From Octopus vulgaris (lineage: Eukaryota): a stretch of DNA of 64,000 bases. Numbering within the stretch: position 1 is the first letter of the stretch; each line of letters begins with the position of its first letter. The notes beneath the pieces were generated by a model that saw only the letters and a program-made list of their open reading frames with translations, was not told the DNA's origin and did not search any database. Where the stretch lies: the NCBI GenBank assembly GCA_951406725.2, contig OX597835.1:38998001-39062000 (forward strand), written 5' to 3'. Below, piece by piece: positions 25,738-40,664 of the stretch. A program made the translations under genes and the position numbers.

Positions 25738-27589
25738 TGTATGTATGTATGTATGTATGTATGTATGTATGTATGTATGTATGTATGTATGTATGTGTGT
25801 GTGTGTATGTATGTATGTATCTATGTATGTATGTATGTATGTATGCATGTATTTACGTATGTATGTATGTATATATAAGTGATGTATATATATATATATA
25901 TAGGAAAAAAAGATGTACATCTTTAAAAATAGATTCATAACTATGTTGATTTCATTAACTATATTTCATTCGATACACAAGACCGGTTACATGCACCCGC
26001 TTGTCATGTTTCGCATGTAACGCAAAAACTTGTAACAAACATACGGACACACACACACATACTCAAGCACACACGCACATACACGCGTGTTTGTATATTC
26101 AAAACATTTTTTTTAATGAATGCATTCGATATATATATCTAGCATTAAACATGCAACGCACTGTTGTACGTGTCACAATGAAAGATCTTAAATGCAACAC
26201 AATGCAACACAACGACACAAAAGCATTTGACATTTTTCACACGTAACACAAGTTAGACATGATTTTAGTTATTAGTCAACGCATGTAACACTTAAGACTG
26301 GCAAAGATCCCGCAGCGTGTAAAATCTGCGCCATTTTCAAGCTCTGACAACTTCCTACGTAACATAACATGTAACACAAGTCAGGTATCATTCTTGCATG
26401 AAACTGTAACAGATGAGACTGACCTGATTCACGAGGAAAACTTGTAACGTTTCCCCGCATGTAACACATGTTAAATATACTTCATATGTAAATCAATGCA
26501 TGTTTCACGTGAGGCTGACACAGCTCACGTGCCATGCAAAACCTGTAACACTTTCAATATCTCATACATAACACAAATCAAGCGACAACATCGTCTTCCT
26601 ACAGCCTGGTTAAGCAACCAATCCCAGCCAATCGGGATTCACATAACCAGTTGGACTATTCACTCCTTCGACCGCTGAGTACAAGACCTGGCTAGTGAAA
26701 TCTCCGTTCGGATGATTCCCCTGAATCACCATCTCATCCTTGTACGCTAATCCGTGTCATAATTACCCATTTGCAGCTGAGTGGGCCAGAGCAACGTGAA
26801 AAGTGTTTTGCTCAAGAACACTACGTGCTAACTGTCCGGGAATCGAAACCACAATCTAGGGATCGTGAATGTAACATCCTAACCACTAGGATATTCATCT
26901 TCCTTCACAAGTTACAGTCAGTAACCCGCAGGACAATGCATGTGACGTTATTTCGCATAGACTAAATTCTATAATATACTGTCTGTACAACACGTTGCAC
27001 GACTCTGATACATGTGTTCCTCATGTAACACAACATCCGGAATACCAATTAGCGATAACCCACGTATTACCTGACACATGCCATACGTCACAAATTCCAC
27101 TTCATCACTAATACTAAAAAATTTAACGTGACATTTGGCTCCACTTATTTGTCCAGCCTGCTAGAAATGGTAGATAAATATTTCCGGGTCAACCCTTGTT
27201 ATCCTTAAGAGTTAATTACACACTGGCTAAGGTGGCGTCCTAGATATATACAAAACGACAGGATGGCCGCAACTGGAACGTATTTAAGGTTCATTTAATC
27301 AGATTTGTGACTAAACAACAACAAGCGCATTACGAATCAAATAAACTTGTCACTGAATCTTAAAGTCACAACAGACCTGCTAGAAATAACTGTCAAATTC
27401 CCTCAAATACCAGAGCCTTTGATTTCCAGACTTTATCACAATGAATGCTGTCGTTCCAGATGGCTTAAAAGGCAAGTTAGTCATAGCTAGAACGCCTTCC
27501 TCATAAATCTGCTCGTTTGTCAGATCTGGGTTTGAGAAAATCTATTTCTTTGGCAAGATAACTGCAATAAGATTGTTCGGAACACATTA

Positions 27590-28350
27590 CGTTGTAATGC
27601 AGTGTATGTAACAAAATGTAAAGTGTAACAAAATGTAATATGTGTTACATATTTCATGGTGCCCTGTATATGTGCAACACAATGTCAACGCAGTTTGTAG
27701 CACAATTCGTAACAGAATACGTAACACAATATGTATCACTCTTTTTGTAACTGAATATGTAACATATGTATAGCAAGAGTATGTGTAACACAATATGTAC
27801 AACGATGTCAATGCAATTTGTAGCAGAATATGAATCACAATATATGTAACACTCTATTTGTAACTGAATATGTAACATATGTATATGGCAAGAGTATGTG
27901 TAACACAATATGTACAACGATGTCAATGCAATTTGTAACACAATATGAGACACAATATGCGTAATATAGCGTATAGAAGAATATGTAACACAGTGAGTAA
28001 CAAGAAACATAATACAATATATATAGTAATATATGTAACACATTATCTGCAACCGGAAATGTAACTAAACAATATCTGTAACTAAACAATATAGTATATT
28101 AAATGTAACACAACGTGTGTCAGAATGTGTAACAATATATCTATACAATATGTGTAGCTGAATATGTGTGACAGTTTCTGTAACAGAATATTAACACTGT
28201 ATGTAGCATATGTAACAATACGTGAAGCAGAACAAGTAACATAATGTGTAACTGAATAAGTGAATCAAGACTATATGTAACACAATATGTAACTCTACAT
28301 CTGCAACTTAATATATGTAACTGGACATATCTAACATTAGACGTGTAACA
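27590..28350. repeat. Degenerate TGTAACA-rich satellite with a ~114 bp higher-order duplication
   Basis: 27738-27830 is repeated at 27851-27945; tgtaac recurs throughout. Confidence 0.85.
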
Positions 28351-28546
28351 GGAATTTAGTCACTCATCTAATGTTATTCAATAAAGCCATTTATTTATTC
28401 CACCTCACTAATTCCTCACCCTCGTACGTTTGTCTCTATTTCTTTCCCTCTCTCTCTCTCTCTTTCTCCCTCTCTTCCATATATATATAGATGGATGGAT
28501 AGATATATTTATATATGTAAATATATATATACATATATATATGTAG

Positions 28547-28578
<32 letters not shown>

Positions 28579-28787
28579 TTATATATAAATATAGTTTCAG
28601 ATCGCAACCACGTGTTTCCGAATTACTTCACAGCTTCCATTGCCTTAGGCAAGTATCTTCTCTCAACACACTTCCATTGTTTATCGACCAAGGTATACGT
28701 AACAAAAGCTAGTTATGCTTTAGGTTTCCTTTATAGGTAAAAAGAATAGCTACTGATCTTCAGATAAAGGCATAAACACATATACAA

Positions 28788-28882
<95 letters not shown>

Positions 28883-29233
28883 TTCTCCGTCTATTTATCC
28901 ATCAATCTATCTATCTTCTGTACTTATATATTTTGTTCTATCTATCGATAGCCATCTGTCGATTTAATTTCTACCTATCTACCAACCTATCAATCTATAT
29001 ATCTGTTTATCTATTATCTATTCAACACTGTTCTGCTTATCTTTCGATCTATCTATTTATCTATTTATCTATCTGTGTGATTGTTTGTCTGTCCGTCCAT
29101 CCATCCATCCATACATGTATATATTATCTACCTACTAATTAATCTTCCTACCTACCTACCTACCTACCTACCTACCTACCAACCAATCTATCTACCTCTC
29201 TATCTATCTATCTATCTATCTATATATATCTAT

Positions 29234-29273
<40 letters not shown>

Positions 29274-29867
29274 GTCTGTCCATCTATCCATCCATGCATG
29301 TATATATTACCTACCTACTAATTAATCTTCCTACCTACCTCCCCATCTCTCAATCTATCTATCTATCTATCTGCATTTCTGTCTCTCTGCTCTCAATATT
29401 CTAAGTTACTGTTAATTGTTTATCGAGCACTTTGTGATCGATATGTTTTAGAGGCAACCGGACAGAATGTTATATTTAGCTTTGTTATCTAATCTCACAC
29501 TCGCACGCGCACACACGAACACACAACACACGCGCGCGAACGCACGCACGCACACATATATGTAATTAAAGGGGCGCTATAGTGACTCAAGAGCCTACAG
29601 TTCTGTAACAATACACTTATAAAATTCCTTGATGCGAAGCTTTACAGCGACCCCGGAGTCACTGTGGCCCTCTCGGTTCTAAAATCAAATTTATATAGCT
29701 ATCTATTTTTCTCACCATCTGTCTATCTAACTATCAGTCAATCTATATATTTAGCAATCTATATGTAAGTAATTATCTATTAATCTTGTCTATCTAACTG
29801 TCTAGCTTACTATTTACCTGTCTATCTACAGGTGAACATTATAGGATAGAGATAGATAGATAGACAG

Positions 29868-29921
<54 letters not shown>

Positions 29922-29942
29922 TATATATATATATATATAGAG

Positions 29943-29994
<52 letters not shown>

Positions 29995-30059
29995 GGAATG
30001 ATAGATAAATAGATAGATATAGGTAGGTAGGTAAGTAGGTAGGTAGATAGATAGGTAGG

Positions 30060-30142
<83 letters not shown>

Positions 30143-30699
30143 ATTCATATCCTATAGCAAAAGCATGCATACAGACTCATACACACACATACATAGAGCC
30201 CATATCCATTGTGTGACGACTTGACTGTAACCTTGATCAAGTTTTTCTTCTCCATTTGTTTTGCTTCTTGCTAAATCAATTAAGTAAGAGGTGAACACGC
30301 CAGATATGATATAAACTCGAAAGAGTAAAAAGAGTCTTTGTAAAAAAAAATAAATCGATTTTTTTTTTTGGTTTTCAACGTGGATAAAAAAAAAAGATAC
30401 ACTTACCCAGAACTTCGTAAGGTGTGTGTTTCATAAACGACTTTGTGAAAAATCTCCGTGTGACACAAAATTCGTGTGGCACACATCATCTGTAATACGG
30501 GTACCATGTGACACAAAGTGTATGTGACAGGGTACCATGTCACACACGTGAAATATAAAGAAAGCAAAGATAGAACAGATCAAAGATTCATAATCCTTTA
30601 TGAAAGAAAATTATAAATTTCTATATAAACAATACTTTTTTCTTTCTTTTCATTTACCAATTATATACATACATATATATATTCATATATATATGTATG

Positions 30700-30736
<37 letters not shown>

Positions 30737-30942
30737 GTATATGTATATATATATTTATATATGTGTATATGTATATTTATTTATATATGCATGTATACAT
30801 ACATATGTATATATATATATATATATACACACATACACATGAATATATAGGCATGTTTATATATATATATATGTGTGTATGTATAAATATATATAAACAC
30901 ATGTATATACATAAAACATGCTGGTACGTGTGCCCATATATC

Positions 30943-31033
<91 letters not shown>

Positions 31034-31046
31034 TACATATATATAC

Positions 31047-31100
<54 letters not shown>

Positions 31101-31229
31101 ATGTATGTATGTATGTATATATATATATATATTTCCGTACATCTATATGTATATACATACAATACTCTATTTTATAGATTTGTACACTCACGCATTCATG
31201 CACACATATATGTATGTGTAAATATACAA

Positions 31230-31264
<35 letters not shown>

Positions 31265-31935
31265 TATGTGTGTATATATATGTTCATATATATACATATA
31301 TGTGTGTATATATACATATATATATATTTATATACATATATATGTGTGTGTGTGTATGTGTATGTATATATGTTTATGCATGTAATTTCTTGTGTCCGTT
31401 TCATTCCATGGTGTAATGGTACAATCCAAGAGTCTCATTGTTCGTCACGCTTATCGTTTCTTTTGTTTGAGAATTTTTTTTTTCTATTCTTATTATTTTG
31501 ATTCTCCGGACGCTCTTCTTTCAATATCCATCGCTACCACCACCACCACCATCAACAACAACAACAACCATCTCCACCACCTCTATCATCACCAACGACA
31601 TCAACAACACCTACAAGAACAACAGCCATAAAACCACCACCAACACCAACAACAATAACAACGTGATATAATATTCAATTTACTGTTGTTATTTTAGAAG
31701 TTATTTCTGCTGCAGTTGTTGAAGGCCATTTTCTATTTGTCATTTGTTTTCTTTTGTTTTTGGAGTCTGATGGATGATGGCGATGGCGATGGTTATGGAC
31801 ATGTGCTTGCGTGTATACGTGTGTGTATGTGTATACATCTCAGTGTACATGTATATGCATGCACGTATACATACATACACACACACATATATATATATAT
31901 ACATATATATATATGAGTGTATGTATGTGTGTATG

Positions 31936-31992
<57 letters not shown>

Positions 31993-32550
31993 ATATATAT
32001 ATATGTATATAAATGTGTGTGTGTGTGTGTGCAGGTGTGTATCTGTTTTTATGCACGTGTTTAAAAGCATTGGCAGATGGGAAGCTTTGCCCACCCGTCC
32101 AACCCTGTTCAGAAGTTAATGATGTATTTGTTAGAAAAAAGGTGGTTACCATGATAATGATAGGAGAAGGGTGTGCAAAATTAATGTGAGACCTTATTAG
32201 TGGCAGTGTGTGCCTTGTGTGTAGTGGTGGTGGTGGTGGTGGTGGTGGTGGTGGAGATGATGGCGGCGGTGGCGTTGATAGTGGGGAGGGCATATGGTAA
32301 TACTTTTTTTTAAATTTCACTTTTTGGAGGGGAATTTCATATATGAAATGATAAAACCGCTTAACGCTTATATTTAGGTAGTTTTGTATATTTCTGTAGT
32401 GTATGTGTGTGTGTGTGTGTGTGGCTTATATATTTGATGTTTGTTTACATTTTGCATTTGCTTTTGTTGTGAGGGATTTTTGGGTGGTATTTTGGTATGT
32501 TTTTCATCTCTTTTTAGTGACTCGTTAATGTTTTATATATATATAAACAC

Positions 32551-32601
<51 letters not shown>

Positions 32602-32839
32602 TATATGTAACATGTATATATATATGTGTGTGTACATATACATTTAAATATACGTATATATGCATATATATATATATATGTATGTATATGTATATATGTG
32701 TATATATATATATACACACATGTATAACTGGTAAAAGACCCACCCTTCAAGCGGTCAGTAATGAAAAGAGTATGTATACACAATCGCACACACAAACACA
32801 CATACATACTTATATATATATGCAAACATGCATATATAT

Positions 32840-32912
<73 letters not shown>

Positions 32913-33724
32913 AAGACATGTATATATATATATATGTATGCATGTATACACATATATACATACACATATTATATATTATTCTATATATTATTTATATATA
33001 TATTTTTTTTTTGTTTTACTTTTTTGTCTCCTTTCCGAAGTTTGTGTCTTGGTTTTTTGGTAAGATAAATCCAAGGAGCAGATATCGACCAATGCCAGGC
33101 CTCATGGTTTTTTCTTTCTTTCTTTCTTTCTTTCTTTTTTTTTTTCTTTTTCATTTTTCTTTTTTTCTTTTGTTCCCCATGTGAGAGGTTGTTCCAGGTA
33201 AGACCTCTCCGGGGGAAACAAAAATACAGAAACAAAACAAAAACAAAAAAAAAACAAAGAAATATTAAGGAAGGAGGAGTGGTAGGGAAGATGAGCAAGA
33301 GGAGAAGGATGAGGAGGAGGAGGGGGGGGAAGACGAAGAGGAAGAAGAAGGAGAAACAAGAACAAGAAGAAGAGGCAGTAAGATGAGGAAATCCAAGTGG
33401 CAAATGTTACCTCTCAGCTATTTTTTTACATTCCAAGCACCCTCTCCTCTTTTTCATCAATCATTAATCATTAATATCATTTTCATTATCATTATTATTA
33501 TTATTATTGTCCTGTAGATTAAAACACTAATAATATCCACATCTCATCATGGGATCCGGTTTCGTTTTGTTTGAGTCATTTTTTTCTATGGGTCATTCTT
33601 TGTTTTTTTTAGTATTTTTTATACATATATATATATATATTTTGTAATATGAAATTCTGGTTAGGCCCTTAGGAGTGCCAGAGTTTGCTCCATGTGGTAA
33701 AATATCCCGGGGCAAACAACTCCA

Positions 33725-33775
<51 letters not shown>

Positions 33776-34057
33776 CAGTAGTGGTAGCAATGGTAGTAAT
33801 GTTGATGTTTTTTTTTTAAATTTATTTCTTGTTCCTTGTATCTTTGAGGCTGAGGTTGTGGTGGCCACATTTGGAAGTTTCTCCAAGTTCCATGTTCAGT
33901 TTTTTTTGTTTGTTTTTGTTTATATTTTATTGATACTCTGAGTTTTAATTTCCTTTGGATTTTCTTATTTATTATTTATTAAAATTTGTTTGGTTTTTGT
34001 TCTTTTTGTTTTGGTTTGGTTTTTGTTACTTTTTTTTCTTTTAAATCGATGCCACCA

Positions 34058-35458
34058 TTAACTAACTAAGTCCTTGTGTTCCATCATTTTTATTGAACTC
34101 TCATCGATATCGGCCATAACGTAATGATTCTCCGGGGTTCGACGTTTTTCTGAATGTTCTTTTTCTTGTGGACCCATCGGACGTGGTTGCCTTCCGAAGA
34201 AATGGAAAATCAAAAGACAAAGCAGGAACGTGAGTAGGAATGTTCCGATAACGGCCCCTATCAGCTCCATCAATGTAAACAAAACATCGACGGTTAAATC
34301 ACCCATGTTCATAGTTTGGTTGGAACTTCTGCTGTGGGATTTCGGTAAGCTGCTTTCAGTAGGAAGTGTGGTTATATAGATTTTGTTTTCAGACTCTCTC
34401 TGGGGCCACGTTACTTGTAGGTTGAAGGTTACATTCCCAGCTGGGTTGTTGGCCACACACCGATAATGAGAACTAATGCTGCTGTGATGATTGTGTATGT
34501 AAAGCACAGCTCTGTTGGTTTTTACCGCACGGTCTTTCGAAGGATGGAAAGTTTCGGTCAGGCCACCGGGTTTGTGCCAGTACAACGTTGGCGACGGGTC
34601 CGCTCTTGCTCTACAGCTGAGTTTCCCCACATGAGGACCGACTAAAACATCAACCCCTTCGAATATCGGTAGCTGACACTGGAAATCGTCGAGAGTTAAC
34701 ATGTCAAAAGTCTTTGAATTCAGACGCCTCGGTGATGCGCACGACATGAGTTTGTCCTTAGGGAAGAGGTTGGAATTATTAATAAACATTCGATAGAGCC
34801 AAGCTAACTCACAGTTGCAGTGCATTGGATTATCTTCCAGTCGAACATGCTCGAAATTCTTGAGCAAATAGTACCATTCCTCTGAAAGATACCTAAAATT
34901 ATTATTGTTTAACCAAATGATATTTACCGTCCCGTTTAGCGGTCGTATTTCCTCAAGTGACAAATTATGTAAACCACATTTCTTGAGATGGAGACCAATT
35001 GTTCTGAACCCCGTGAAGGCTTTTGGTGCGAACTGGATCCCTGGATTACTGTTTAAAAGTAAATGATTTAAAGACAGTCCTCTAAATGTATAGTCCTCGA
35101 TAAAACGTAACTTGTTGTTGCTTAAATCCAGCATGCATAAATGCCTCAGATCTGCAAATGTGTCCAGCGTTATCACTTCGATACCACATTCATTGAGGAA
35201 TAAATCTTCAAGGTTGGAAAGGCGCGAGAAATTTTTCCGAACCAAAACCTTGTTGGAAAATAAATTCCCGTTCAAACTTAACTGTTTTGTATCACTTGGT
35301 ATAAGATCGGGGATTTCGGTGAAGTTCTTTTTAGAACAACCTACGTGGTTCATTGCGGCCTGGCAAAAACAGACTTTGGGGCATATACTTGCGTAAGTTG
35401 ATCCGGCCAGGTTTAACAGCAACAGGCAGAAAATAGATAATGTGGGAAGCGTGTTCAT
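34058..35458 (-). CDS. Intronless LRR-Ig transmembrane protein (LIG family; Kekkon/LINGO/AMIGO-like architecture), 466 aa from the signal-peptide Met
   Basis: ATG at 35458 begins MNTLPTLSIFCLLLLNLAGSTYA, a signal peptide. It is followed by an LRRNT (CPKVCFC...VGCSKKNFTEIP), about 7 LRRs (e.g. LCMLDLSNNKL, LNHLLLNSN), an LRRCT (NPMHCNCELAWL...CASP), one Ig domain (LSCRARADPSPTLYW...YRCVANNPAG), a TM helix (LIGAVIGTFLLTFLLCLLIFHFF) and a short cytoplasmic tail. Stop TAA at 34058-34060. Orthology cannot be assigned by eye. Confidence 0.92.
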   Translation of the reverse strand: MNTLPTLSIFCLLLLNLAGSTYASICPKVCFCQAAMNHVGCSKKNFTEIPDLIPSDTKQLSLNGNLFSNKVLVRKNFSRLSNLEDLFLNECGIEVITLDTFADLRHLCMLDLSNNKLRFIEDYTFRGLSLNHLLLNSNPGIQFAPKAFTGFRTIGLHLKKCGLHNLSLEEIRPLNGTVNIIWLNNNNFRYLSEEWYYLLKNFEHVRLEDNPMHCNCELAWLYRMFINNSNLFPKDKLMSCASPRRLNSKTFDMLTLDDFQCQLPIFEGVDVLVGPHVGKLSCRARADPSPTLYWHKPGGLTETFHPSKDRAVKTNRAVLYIHNHHSSISSHYRCVANNPAGNVTFNLQVTWPQRESENKIYITTLPTESSLPKSHSRSSNQTMNMGDLTVDVLFTLMELIGAVIGTFLLTFLLCLLIFHFFGRQPRPMGPQEKEHSEKRRTPENHYVMADIDESSIKMMEHKDLVS

Positions 35459-36532
35459 GCTGTAGGAAGTTTTCAACAATGCCCTAGCATGATGCGTGTG
35501 TGTGTTTTGTCTGTGTGGTTTAGGCACTTCACTTTGCCGGCACTTGTACTGTTGGTGTTGTTGTGTGATTGCACTTTGATCTGTGTGGCGAACAAAGGTG
35601 TTTGTTTTATAATGTTGATAGAGTGGTTTGCGATTTGACAAACAGTCGTCGTACACACTGTGCTGTACATGGCGACTGTTCTCTCTGTCAGTATAAATAT
35701 CTTCTTTACTATCAAACCCGACGCTGCCCGTATAAATATCACTGTCAGTAGCTGTAGTAGTGCTGCTAATGCTGCCCATATAAATACTGCTGCCTCCGCT
35801 GTTGCTAACGTCGACGCTACTTGTCCTGTGTACACTGCTATCTGTATTGTTGCTAACACTGCCCGTATAAATAGTATCACTGTCTGTGTTGCTAACACCG
35901 CTTACATAAATACTCTTACCACCACCTCCGCTACTGTCACGCGGAAAATCCATCCCGCTCGAACAACAGCTGACCCCCATACAATGCCTAATGCCTACCC
36001 TACACGTTCTCTCACCGCTCGTGCTACTGCATCTGGCCGTGTAAGCATCACAGTCGCACTTTCGAACACCGGCTGTATAAGAACTGACAGCGACACGATT
36101 GTCAGCTGTGTTGTCTACGGGAAACGGAGCGGGTTCGAGCCTGCTCCACGACACATCGTCGGGGTGCGCTTCTTTGCGACGTTTACCAGACGAACAGATC
36201 ATTTGGTCGAACGTCGACGTTGACGTCAAACGCGGCATCGCTAGTAACGCCGATGACGCAAGTAAATCCAACGGTTGAGCGGTGACGTCGGTGACTGTAG
36301 AGGTGTTTGTGGTAGTGTTGTTGGTGATGTTAGTGGTGGTGGCAGCGTTACGTCCGAACGTCGTAATGGCTGCCGTCGCCGTAGCAGACGTTGGTTTTAG
36401 CGTTGACGTTGACTTAGACATCGACGTAACGTCAATAGCACTGTCCGTGGTCATGGTGGTCGTGGTGACAAGTCCTACTGGTTTCAGTAACGCAGGCATT
36501 GAGTAACGGTCACCGTTTTTTGTCAGACGCAT
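35459..36532 (-). CDS. Possible 358-codon in-frame N-terminal extension (or stop-free 5' UTR) of the LRR-Ig gene
   Basis: The ORF is open from ATG 36532 into the LRR gene. It is Thr/Ser-rich, has degenerate in-frame repeats (SIY/TIY/DIY-x-GSV) and no recognisable domain. Confidence 0.35.
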
Positions 36533-37284
36533 TATATACAGTATACATTACATGAACACACCTACATGGTGATATATACACACATGTGGTGATGTAGTAT
36601 GCGGGCGTGTTTGCGTGTGAAATTGTTTGTGTATGTGTGTATATGTGTGAGCGTGTGTGTGCAGTGATGCTACGACACAGATGTATAAACAGAAACAAAA
36701 GCTTAGTCAAGTTAAAAAGCTAACACTATCAAACTGCCGTCTTCGGCAGAAGTAAAGGGTAGGAGCAATTGATCTCACCGGAAAGAAGTTTGTGCACTTT
36801 TAGTAAAACACTTTCTGCGTGTAAATACGAGTGATAAGCGTATGTAAATGTCTGTCCTTATAGGAGCTTGTAATCAGGAAGCACACACGTGTGCATATAG
36901 GTATATACATATATAAATATATATGTGTCTCTGTGTGTGTGCGTGTGAGTGAGTGTACGTGTGAGTGAGTGTATATCTACATGTGATACGCTTTGTGTAT
37001 TTTGTGTCTAAATGTTTATGTCTAAGTTATGTGCTATGATTTGCGAGGTGAAAAGTGGGATTGCAATGGGACAAGAAAGTGGATCGGGATGGCGTCGAGG
37101 TAGCTGTATTTGCGGCGGGTAGGGGTTTTGTTTCATGCCCTTATAACCCCAGCAATCAAACAACAAATTCCCTCCAACTACACTTTTCAAGTACCTCCAC
37201 AACCTTTTCTTAGTTCTCTAATTCCCGGGACACAAACGCAAATTTATATATATATATTTATTATATATATATGTATATATATAT

Positions 37285-37329
<45 letters not shown>

Positions 37330-37435
37330 AATATAATATAAATATATATATGTATATATATTACTATCCTATCTGTATATGTTTGTATGTATGCAGGTGC
37401 GTGTGTCTATGAGTGATGCGTGTGTGCGTGTGTGT

Positions 37436-37496
<61 letters not shown>

Positions 37497-37597
37497 CGCG
37501 CAGGCCTTGCCTTGGTGACGAGAAGCGAATTACGGCTGCTGGTAAACTGTATTGCTAGTTCCAGCTGCTGCCGTTGCTGCCGCTGCTCCTGCAGCTA

Positions 37598-37629
<32 letters not shown>

Positions 37630-38091
37630 ACCACAACTACTACTACAGCTGCTACTGCTGCTGCTGCTGCTACTGCTGCTGCTGCTGCTGCTGAAACTAT
37701 TTGCTGTAGCTGATATTGTTTGTGTTTTATAACTGTGGTTGTTGATGTTATTTCTGTTATTGTTGTTGTTGTTGTTGTTGTTGCTGCTGCTGCTGCTGTG
37801 ACTACAACTGCTGCTGCTGCTGCTGCTCTTGCAATATAGAGTACTGCTACTTAAAAGTGCTACACTTTCCTATCTCACTCTCTCTCTCTCTCCCTCTTTC
37901 TCTCTCCACTCTTTCTACCTCTCTCCTGTGTGGGTGTGTCTGTGTATGTGTACGCGTGTGTATATATGTCTCTGCGTGTGCGTGTGCGTGTGTATATATG
38001 TCTGATTTCTATTTATGTGTATATCTGTTTCGATGGTAACGTTGTCAGTATTAGATTTTATTGTTGTTGTTGTTGTTAGCGATGGTGGCGA

Positions 38092-38140
<49 letters not shown>

Positions 38141-38372
38141 GTTATTATTATTATTATTATTCCTTTTAATGATAATGATATAAAACAACAGTGGCAGCAG
38201 CGGCGGGGCGGGGTGGGATTAGAGTGTAGTACAGATGCAACAACAATAACAAAGAAAAAATAGCAATAATAGATTAGTTCTGGGTGGGTGTGTTGCGAAA
38301 AATCGTAAGCAAAGATATGTAAGAAAAAAAATGTTATTGTATTGAGTGAGGATAAAACAATTCAAGAGAAAC

Positions 38373-38779
<407 letters not shown>

Positions 38780-39328
38780 GCTTCCAAGAAGGGTAGAACA
38801 GCTAAAAGAACTAGTAGAGAACGAAAGTGCGGCTGTGATGGGAGTTTCTTTGGAGAGATTGAGCTGGGGAAGTGACAGCGAGGTGGATTTAAATATCTTA
38901 AATAGTACAGCAAATAATAATTCTAATTTTTTTTTAAAAACTCTATTACGGATTTATAACAATGATGGCTAATTATAACGCTGTTATTTGAAAGGGAATA
39001 AGCAAACTGTAATTGGGTTTGAACGACCGATGTTATAACTATTTATGAAAAATGATAGGAAATTGTGGCCCACGGCTTGGAATTCCTAACTGGATCGCGA
39101 ATATTGTATAATTGTAATAGTATTAATAATAGTAATAATAATAAGAGTAGTAGTACTTGCAGTGTTTAGTAATATTAAGTTTTATACTAGTCTTTTTTTT
39201 TTATTGTTTGTTATTTCGCTTGTTTTTTGGGTTTTTTTCTTATGTGTTATCGGGCCTTTTCACTTGGGCAACGCGAAAGAGAGAGCACCTGCTTTGCAAG
39301 CAATTAGTAACATGCTTCGAAAATAAGA

Positions 39329-39364
<36 letters not shown>

Positions 39365-39948
39365 GTGATGTCTGTCCCTTAACGTTTACCTTCTTCTCCT
39401 GTCCCTCCTCCTCTTCTTTCTCCTTCTTCTCTATTTCTTCAACTCACACCACCACCACCAACACCACCACCACTACCTCCTCCAGTTTCTGCTCGCACTT
39501 CTCGCCGCCACCGGCCGCCGTAGAGTTTAGCAGTTTCTTGTCGTCTCCATGGGACCATAACGGAGGAGCGGATAGAGTGAGAGGGAGAGAGATAGAGAGA
39601 TAGAGAGAGTTTGTGTGCGTGTGTGTGTGCGTGCGTGTGTGTATGTGAGTGTGAGTGTGTGTGTGAGTGAGTGAGCGAGTAAGGGAGGGAAGAAACGACT
39701 AAATTAAGAAGAGATTTATATAGAAATAAAGAGGGTTGGTAAACGTAGATAGACAGATAAATAGATGGAGTGAGTGAGTGAGAGAGAGAGACAGAGACCG
39801 AGTGAGTGTATATGAAGGATTGAGTGAGTGTTACTGAGTGGCAACAATGAGTATGAGTGAAGGTTTATATTGAAACTAACACTTCGTATAAGTCTTACCG
39901 TCACCTTGCAAAAATAAGTGACAGTGTTGTTTTAAATGTTTCAATGTG

Positions 39949-40002
<54 letters not shown>

Positions 40003-40587
40003 GTTATTAGTTTGCAATGTTACATCATCAAAAACTGAGTCTTTGGGGATGAGTTTGTGTCACATCTTTTGCCTCAGTACAAGAACAGATTATCTGATAA
40101 AATTATCCATCCACCTCGTATCTTCTACATTTTTGTTTTTCTTTTTACGCAAGAATCTACGATCTTTTGCAGAAAATGGTAATGGTTAGGTGTCTAGAAG
40201 TAGTTTTTTTCTTTTACTTCAATATGTGTGTGTGTGTGTATATATTTATGTATTTATATGTATGTGTGCATCATAGTTTTGTTCTCACAGTTTTCTCGTT
40301 AATGACCACGGCCACCTTAACTTAAGAAAACAATTTAAACCATTATAAACTATTACTGCTGGTAACAGTACTGTTAACTGTTATTACTATTTCTACTACT
40401 ACTACTACTACTATTACTATTACTACAAACAACTACTGCTAGTGCAACTAATAATATTAATACTACTGCTGTTGTTGATTACAATGATGAGGATGATGAC
40501 TATAGCGATGCTAACGGCGTTGTTAGTGAGGTAACGTAATTTTGAAGAGCACGAATCCACAACGGCCGACTGAAGAAGAAGAAGAAG

Positions 40588-40664
<77 letters not shown>

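Noticed and set aside
27590-28350. CRISPR-like periodic repeats
   Set aside because: Eukaryotic context, no constant repeat with unique spacers, no cas genes; a degenerate satellite.
29571-29670. ~100 bp unit with ~16 bp imperfect inverted ends; tatagtgactc resembles a T7 promoter
   Set aside because: Single copy, no clear TSD; the T7 similarity is short and likely chance.
35660-36223. 187 aa antisense ORF
   Set aside because: Shadow of the low-complexity minus-strand ORF.
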